Source: Deinococcales bacterium
GTDB lineage: Bacteria > Deinococcota > Deinococci > Deinococcales > JAAFIG01
Direction: 5' to 3'
Assembly (NCBI GenBank): GCA_043778225.1
Contig: JAYWGM010000048.1
Coordinates: forward strand, 25,238 to 89,237
DNA: 64,000 bases
Translations under genes and position numbers: made by a program
Part shown: positions 61,930 to 64,000 of the stretch, one piece after another
Numbering within the stretch: position 1 is the stretch's first letter
How the letters are laid out: each line of letters starts with the position of its first letter
Notes under the pieces: model-generated
What the model was told of the DNA's origin: nothing
The model's input: only the letters and a program-made list of their open reading frames with translations
Database searches by the model: none

Positions 61930-62991
61930 TTACAGATTGACTTCGATGTTGTTTAAGCTGCTGCTGTTTGGCACAGCATCGACAGATTTGTACGGGTCGC
62001 CGAGGTGAACTCGAGGCAGCGAAATATTTTGCAAAATCTGAGAGATGATGCCTTCCATGCTGATGCCATCTGCCAAAGCATCGTAACTTGGGATAATCCT
62101 GTGACGCAGCACATCAAATGCCAAATCGCGGACATCTTCGGGCAAGGCGTATTCGCGTCCGCGCATGATTGCCAAGGCTTTTGCACCAAGCACCAAATTG
62201 ACACTGGCTCGAGGGCTTGCACCAATCGAAATAAATTTTTTCAGTTCGGGCAGCTTGGCTTCGGATGGTTCGCGGGTGGCTCGAGCCAAACGCACCGCGT
62301 ATTCGGTCACGCTTGGGTGAACATACACTTGGTCCGCCATGCGCTGTAAATTGACCAATTCCTCGAGGGTCAGCTTAATCTCGAGTTTGTCAAATTTGGT
62401 GCTAACCCTGTCCACGACCGTCATTTCTTCATGGAAACCGGGGTAACTAATCACAACCTTAAACATAAACCTATCCACTTGGGCTTCAGGCAGAAAATAC
62501 GTGCCTTCGGATTCGATTGGGTTTTGGGTAGCAAGTACCAAAAACGGGTTGGGAAGCGGAAAAGTCTGTTGCCCGATGGTCACTTGGCGTTCCTGCATGG
62601 CTTCTAAAAGAGCGCTTTGGATTTTGGCGGGCGCACGGTTAATTTCATCGGCGAGGATTAAATTAGCCACAATCGGACCTAACTCGGTTTCAAACTTGGC
62701 TTCTTTTTGGTTGTAAATCCGTGTACCAATTAAATCGGCTGGCACAAGGTCTGGGGTAAATTGAATGCGCTTAAAACTTGCACCAATTGCGTCGGCGGTG
62801 CTTTTAATGGCGAGGGTTTTAGCCAGACCCGGTACGCCCTCAATTAAAATATGCCCTCGAGCAATTAAAGCCACCAACAAGCGCTCGAGCATCACATCCT
62901 GCCCGACAATTACGCGCTTGACTTCAAATAACAGGGTGCGAACTTTGGCGCTGGCATCCATCACTTCTTTGGGGTTGAGTGGTGTATTCAT
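61930..62991 (-). CDS. moxR: MoxR-family AAA+ ATPase
   Basis: GVPGLAKT, RIQFTPDLVPAD, ADEINRA, ATQNPIE, GASPRA. Confidence 0.95.
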   Translation of the reverse strand: MNTPLNPKEVMDASAKVRTLLFEVKRVIVGQDVMLERLLVALIARGHILIEGVPGLAKTLAIKSTADAIGASFKRIQFTPDLVPADLIGTRIYNQKEAKFETELGPIVANLILADEINRAPAKIQSALLEAMQERQVTIGQQTFPLPNPFLVLATQNPIESEGTYFLPEAQVDRFMFKVVISYPGFHEEMTVVDRVSTKFDKLEIKLTLEELVNLQRMADQVYVHPSVTEYAVRLARATREPSEAKLPELKKFISIGASPRASVNLVLGAKALAIMRGREYALPEDVRDLAFDVLRHRIIPSYDALADGISMEGIISQILQNISLPRVHLGDPYKSVDAVPNSSSLNNIEVNL

Positions 62992-63042
62992 TATTCTCCA
63001 GTCTGCGGTACAGCCATGAAGGGCGTGTGAAGGGAAAAAGAC

Positions 63043-63079
63043 AGGGTTAAAAGGGGAAAAGGTCAAAAGGGGAAAAGTT
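63043..63079 (+). repeat. Octamer array
   Basis: gggttaaaaggggaaaaggtcaaaaggggaaaag. Confidence 0.7.
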
Positions 63080-63085
63080 TTGTGG

Positions 63086-63562
63086 CTAACTTCTTGGGTT
63101 TGGTGGGGTGCTTGGACTCGAGGGGGTGCTTGGCGTGCTTGGCGTACTTGGCGTACTTGGCGTGCTTGGATTTAAGGGAATCAGTTCTTGTCCTTGACCG
63201 GGTTGTCCGGGCTGATTGCCTTGCCCTTGACCGGGCTGCTGTCCGGGTTGTTGTCCGGGGCGCGGAAAAGTAAAGAGTTGTCCATCTTGATAAATTTGCA
63301 CTGGGCAATCTGCGGGGGCTTGTCCTTGTCCGGGCTGAGGTTGTTGCCCCTGTCCTTGACCGGGCTGTTGACCATTTGGACCAAGCGGGATTAACTCTCG
63401 GGAGTCGTTGGGGGCTGGAGCTTGTGGGGTAGGGGCTTGTACCAACTGGATTTTAATTGGTACTCGAGCCTCGAGTTGCGTATTGGGTGTGCTGACCCGA
63501 CCCAGAAAAAAGCCAGCGCTTAAAAGCGCCACGGCAGCCGCGAGCAAACCAAGTGATTTCAT
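63086..63562 (-). CDS. Membrane-anchored low-complexity protein (QPGQG and PST repeats), first gene of the MoxR operon
   Basis: N-terminal hydrophobic helix; duplicated ELIPL; 9-bp tandem repeats; ATG 7 nt after TACAAT. Confidence 0.75.
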   Translation of the reverse strand: MKSLGLLAAAVALLSAGFFLGRVSTPNTQLEARVPIKIQLVQAPTPQAPAPNDSRELIPLGPNGQQPGQGQGQQPQPGQGQAPADCPVQIYQDGQLFTFPRPGQQPGQQPGQGQGNQPGQPGQGQELIPLNPSTPSTPSTPSTPSTPSSPSTPPNPRS

Positions 63563-63680
63563 GCCACCTATTGTAGCGCCTTTGGTGTGAAGGAATTGAA
63601 AAGAAAATGACAGTTTTATTCACACAAACTTCAAAAACACGATGCTCTGGTCATGATTCAAGACTCTGCAAAACACACCC

Positions 63681-63905
63681 TAGTGGGTCATTCGACACGG
63701 AGAAAAGAGGAAAGAGGAAGCGACCATGCCCGTGAGCGACCCAGCCCGTGAGCGACCATGCCCGTGAGGTGCGTCTTTAGGGTCAAGACAGGTGCGTCTT
63801 TAGGGTCAAGACAGATGCGTGTATATGGTCAAGAAAGAGGAAAAATGTGCTGTACGCTATTCTCGAGATAACTCAAAGATACTATGCAAATCGAATGACC
63901 CACTA
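63681..63905. mobile_element. MITE-like element, family B, with perfect 15-bp TIR, containing a heptamer array and a triple-nested micro-element
   Basis: TAGTGGGTCATTCGA (63681-95) / TCGAATGACCCACTA (63891-905). Confidence 0.75.
63720..63834 (+). mobile_element. Three micro-element copies nested inside one another
   Basis: Left halves 63720-35 and 63736-51, full copy 63752-88, right halves 63789-811 and 63812-34. Confidence 0.88.
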
Positions 63906-64000
63906 AGTATCTCCCGCCTGTCTTGACCATAAACACGCACCTGACGGGCATGGTCGCGCATTTTAGATTTTTCACAAAACGGCAAATCTGTTCTTGCTCG
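63904..64000. mobile_element. Second copy of MITE family A (truncated by the window) with a micro-element at 63921-63957
   Basis: Matches 50844-50901 apart from a 37-38 bp insert (reverse complement GCGACCATGCCCGTCAGGTGCGTGTTTATGGTCAAGA). Confidence 0.8.

Noticed and set aside
63110..63170. 9-bp tandem repeat as a phase-variation tract
   Set aside because: Unit is a multiple of 3 with synonymous variation and encodes a PST linker
63720..63957. 37-bp repeats as a CRISPR array
   Set aside because: Length is CRISPR-like, but there are no unique spacers, the halves are nested, copies are dispersed on both strands and no cas genes are present

Overview
A 64-kb chromosomal window of moderate GC (roughly 50%) from a bacterium that looks like a member of Deinococcota/Deinococcales, judged from the TilS-deaminase fusion, the long HflX N-terminus and widespread leaderless-type promoters. 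Most of it is housekeeping and metabolic: efp, ppc, ilvD, tilS-tadA, hflX, ltaE, rplJ-rplL, tRNA-Val(TAC), rpsL-rpsG-fusA, trpS-scpA, an araBDA/GH42/sugar-ABC/LacI cluster, alpha-2-macroglobulin and a MoxR-DUF58-vWA operon. Accessory modules are an ABC-type ATPase plus PIN-like pair, an AfsR/SARP-like STAND regulator divergent from an Ig/RCC1 lipoprotein, and a decayed IS4-family transposase. The most unusual signal is non-coding. A 36-39 bp structured micro-element (GCGACC..GCCCGTCAGGTGC..GGTCAAGA) occurs about 10 times, shows compensatory stem changes, sits inside other repeats, MITEs and an IS remnant, and is nested three deep inside itself at 63720-63834. The window also shows extreme over-representation of the palindrome CTCGAG, octamer tandem-repeat arrays, MITEs, and a REP doublet translated in frame inside tilS-tadA. 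No CRISPR array or rRNA was seen. All calls are from reading the sequence; no database searches were run.
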